Source: Lama guanicoe
Taxonomy: Eukaryota
Length of the DNA stretch: 64,000 nt
Direction of reading: 5' to 3'
Assembly: GCA_013239625.1 (NCBI GenBank)
Contig: MU054323.1
Span: forward strand, 18,432,819-18,496,818
The notes below the pieces were generated by a model. The model ran no database searches, was not told where the DNA came from, and saw nothing but the letters and a program-made list of their open reading frames with translations. A program made the position numbers and the translations under genes. Positions 60,918 through 64,000 of this stretch are shown here, one piece after another; position 1 is the first letter of the stretch, and each line of letters opens with the position of its first letter.

Positions 60918-61380
60918 CATTTATTCATATATTCGTTCATTCATTCAGCACCCCCCACAGTGACCCAAGTACGGTCCTAGGTGCAGAAGGAAGACAAGGG
61001 TGAGAAAAACAGTCAAGGCTTCCTACTCTCATGGAGTTCTAAGTCTATCAGGCAGATAGAAGTTGATAAAAGAACGACAAATTAAAGTCTGTGTTCCAAT
61101 GGTGGGTTATGCCTCTCCAAGTTTATAAAGGAACCAACATTGACAAGGACATGGGGACAAAATTCACTAAGCGAGACACTTTGAAGCTAAGAGGTAAATG
61201 AGAGAGTATTGGGTGATGGGGTGGGGATGGGGGGAATGGGGGGTGGAAGAGCATGTGTAAAAGCCTCAGGACAGGAGTGAGCATAGTGATAAAGAGGAAC
61301 CCAGAGATCAGTGTGGCTGTGAAGCTGGGAACAGGCAGGAAAGAAGTGAGAATGTAGCTCAGGGTGGGGAAGGCATGTCC
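60918..61380 (-). mobile_element. L2 3' region
   Basis: CATTTATTCATATATTCGTTCATTCATTCAGCACC...GTCCTAGGTGC...CTCATGGAGTTCTAAGTCTA...GAGCATGTGTAAAAGCCTCAGG. Confidence 0.75.
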
Positions 61381-61389
61381 AGCACACAC

Positions 61390-61636
61390 GTAGCTCGCTT
61401 GAAATAGTCTGTCAATGTAAAGTGCACACTGGGTTTTGAAGACTCAGCATGGAAAAAAATGCAAAATAGCTCAATAGTTGTGTATATTGGTTACATGTTG
61501 AAATAACATTTGGACATACCGGGTTAAAGTATATTATTAAAATTAATTTCAGCTTTTTTTACCTTTTTACAAATGACTACTAGAAAAGTTTAAGTTACAC
61601 GCATAGCTCGTGTTGTATCGTTATTGGACAGTGCTG
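61390..61636 (-). mobile_element. MER33 hAT-Charlie element (partial)
   Basis: ATATTGGTTACATGTTGAAATAACATTTGGACATA...TATTAAAATTAATTTCA...CTACTAGAAAAGTTTAAGTTACAC...TATTGGACAGTGCTG. Confidence 0.85.
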
Positions 61637-62694
61637 GTTGTACATGCAGAGCCTTTGAATGCTGGACAAGGGTTTTCGTCCCAGACACAACAGGAGGCTT
61701 TGGATGGCTCTCAGCAGAGGAAAGAGGAGATCATTCCAGCTTCTGGGTGGAGAATGGATCAAAAGGCAGCTAGCGGGCATGTGGAGAATCAGCTATGCAC
61801 TGCGACAGACCAGGCAAGAAGTCTCAGAGCATCTTGGTTTAGGGTCAAGGAGCACAGAGATGGGAAGTGGAGAGTTGCGAGGGGAATGTCGGAGGAAAAC
61901 AGGCCCCAGTAGTAAACTGGATACGGTACTGGGAACCTCCGTGGGGCAGAACTCCAGCTGGGAATACAAGCTAGATCTGGAAATACATGCTGTAACATCC
62001 AAGCCCTATAAAGAGGTACGAATGCAGCATAGTGGGAGCAGAAAGTGGAAAACGTGATGTGCTTTATGCGGCAGAGAGCGCGGCTGTTGCCTTTGGTTTA
62101 CAACAGGTTCCATTAAAAATCAGCTTCCCACATCACGTCAAGAAATTGCATTCTGGTTGAAACATTACATATCTTTTACCCAGAGCTGAACTTAAGTCAA
62201 CAGGTACATAATGAGTATCGACCACGTGCAAGAGACTGTGAAAGACTGTCTCTTGAGGCGAAAAGGAAAGAGAACTAACATGTATTTCTTGTATTTCATG
62301 AGACCGTGTGCCAGGAGCTTTATATATAACTCATTTAATCCTTTCAAGAACCTTGTGAGGTCATATAATTACTCCAGTTTAGAGATAAGTAAAACGAGGT
62401 CCAAAGAGGTTACGAAACTGACTGATGCTCCTTTTTCTCCCCACTGTATCCCTGCAGCCCAGCAGTCTGCCCAGCATGTACTAAAATGCTCAATCAACAT
62501 AGGCAGAAAGAAAGAATACAGGTTACATGGTTCATAAGAGGCAGAACCAAGTGTCAATCTTGTCTTGACTCAAGCACATGATACTAAGTTGGAATTAAAA
62601 AAAAAGAACTAGAGATAGCTTACATACTTATATGTGGTTAATAAGTAATTGCGCTTTATCTACGATAGATGGCCATCCTACTCTTCATCCAAGT

Positions 62695-62940
62695 AGAATA
62701 GTTAACATTTCCTGAGAACACTGGCCAGATACTGTTCTAAGCACTTTACTGGCATTATCTTATTTATGCCTCATTCTTAGCATAAATACCTGTGGGGTAG
62801 GTACTATTGTTTTCCTCATTTTATAGATGGAGACACTAAGGCACAATGAGATTCAGTCACTTGCCCCAAGTCGCTCAGCTGTAAAGACATTAAACCCAAG
62901 GAAACTAACTCAAGTGTCCATAACTCACTCTTAACCACCC
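62695..62940 (-). mobile_element. MIR SINE, near full length
   Basis: CCAGATACTGTTCTAAGCACTTTAC...CATTTTATAGATGGAGACACTAAGGCACA...CACTTGCCCCAAGTC...CTCTTAACCAC. Confidence 0.88.
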
Positions 62941-64000
62941 TGAGTCTGAGCCCACTACTCCATGGGGCCAACTTACAATGATCTCCCTAGGATAAGGGCA
63001 AAGTCTGCCTTCCTGCCTTGGTCCAGCACCTTCTCCCGGGGCCACATAGCATGATCAGGGCACCCCCTTGTGAATCTAGGAAATCATTCAAGGCTAAATA
63101 GTGTGAGTCACATCATCAGAGAGTCAGAGCAAAATGGATACAAAAAAAGCCCATGGATCTCATTCAATGCAAAGAGCACATTTATTCTGGGTCTAGAAAT
63201 GTCCAGTGGCAAGAAGCCATCATTTGTCTCTGATAACAGTGGATATAGCAGGGAAAAGAGGTAAAACGAGGGGCTTAGTAAGCTGAAGATTTCCCAACAG
63301 CAGAGACCATCTCTGTAGGGTGTTAACAGTGAATTCAAGAGACCCTTGTCCACTGATGGAGCTGAAGAGTTAAGATATTCTCTAAGCACACTGGGCATGA
63401 AGTGCTTGCTGGCAGTTCAGATAATGAACTGATGGTTATGACCAGCCATCCAGTCATTTTATATGTACCGTTTACTTCAAGTGTCAAATTACAAATTGAT
63501 TCCGTGGTGTATAAGAGGGCTTAGTGCTCTGATTTGGAAAATCTGTTGGACAAATGTGGGCCTTATGGGAACATTTCACTTCCTTCAATACTTGAGAATT
63601 GTCCTAGGCATTAGTAGAATCCCTAAAGGAATCCTAGTTTTTTTTTTTTAAAGAAATAACTTTTAAAAAGAAAAAAAATTTAGAACAATATTCAGTACCT
63701 GGCAGTTTGACAGAAAGGGATGTACGCATCAAGATGGTCCCAGATGCAATCAAGACCTCATTGTAACATGGTCTCACATCTAAGGTGCCTCACTGCCTGT
63801 AGATTGGGGGCAGCGTGATGCTTCTCGACTCCATGGTGTCATCTGCAGTCACTGGGAATCATGGAAGTCGACCAAATGCCCGATGTGCTAAGTGGCCATA
63901 GGTAACAGATCGGGAGGAACGCCCCTGCCCACCTGGACTGTGAGAAGTGACCCCGCCAAGATTCCAACACATGCTCTGTCAGAGAACTTATCACACTCAA

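Noticed and set aside
1..64000. Novel prokaryote-like system (CRISPR array, defence island, operon) or a recognisable gene
   Set aside because: The sequence is mammalian and repeat-rich. I saw no regularly spaced repeats, no ORF above 135 aa and no recognisable protein other than retroelement relics.
1..64000. Window-wide enrichment of AP-1 (TGASTCA) and GAS motifs
   Set aside because: Counts by eye are within about two-fold of random expectation, and some copies lie inside L1 3'UTRs.

Overview
Mammalian non-coding DNA (intronic or intergenic), most likely camelid (camel/alpaca/llama). The evidence is seven copies of a simple tRNA-Ala(AGC)-derived SINE matching the camelid vic-1 type, plus cetartiodactyl-type L1 3' ends. 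I could not recognise any protein-coding gene, true tRNA/rRNA, miRNA, CRISPR array or prokaryote-like system. The listed ORFs are short and look like chance or repeat-derived frames. The window is a layered transposon record: young SINEs and L1 3' ends with target-site duplications (TSDs), older L1M, L2, MIR, L3/CR1, hAT MITEs (MER5, MER20, MER33, MER94, MER117-like) and a probable ancient RTE-clade fragment. It also holds one CpG-rich regulatory island near 28.4-28.8 kb and several motif-dense candidate enhancers. The best leads are modest: the CpG island with an overlapping STAT6/NF-kB element, a candidate 12-nt microexon, a candidate terminal exon, the RTE fossil, a SINE variant with a duplicated anticodon arm, a solitary poly(A) retro-insertion, a twin-primed L1 and several ~30-bp near-palindromes. 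Repeat names come from recalled consensus sequences, not a database search, and boundaries of old repeats are approximate.
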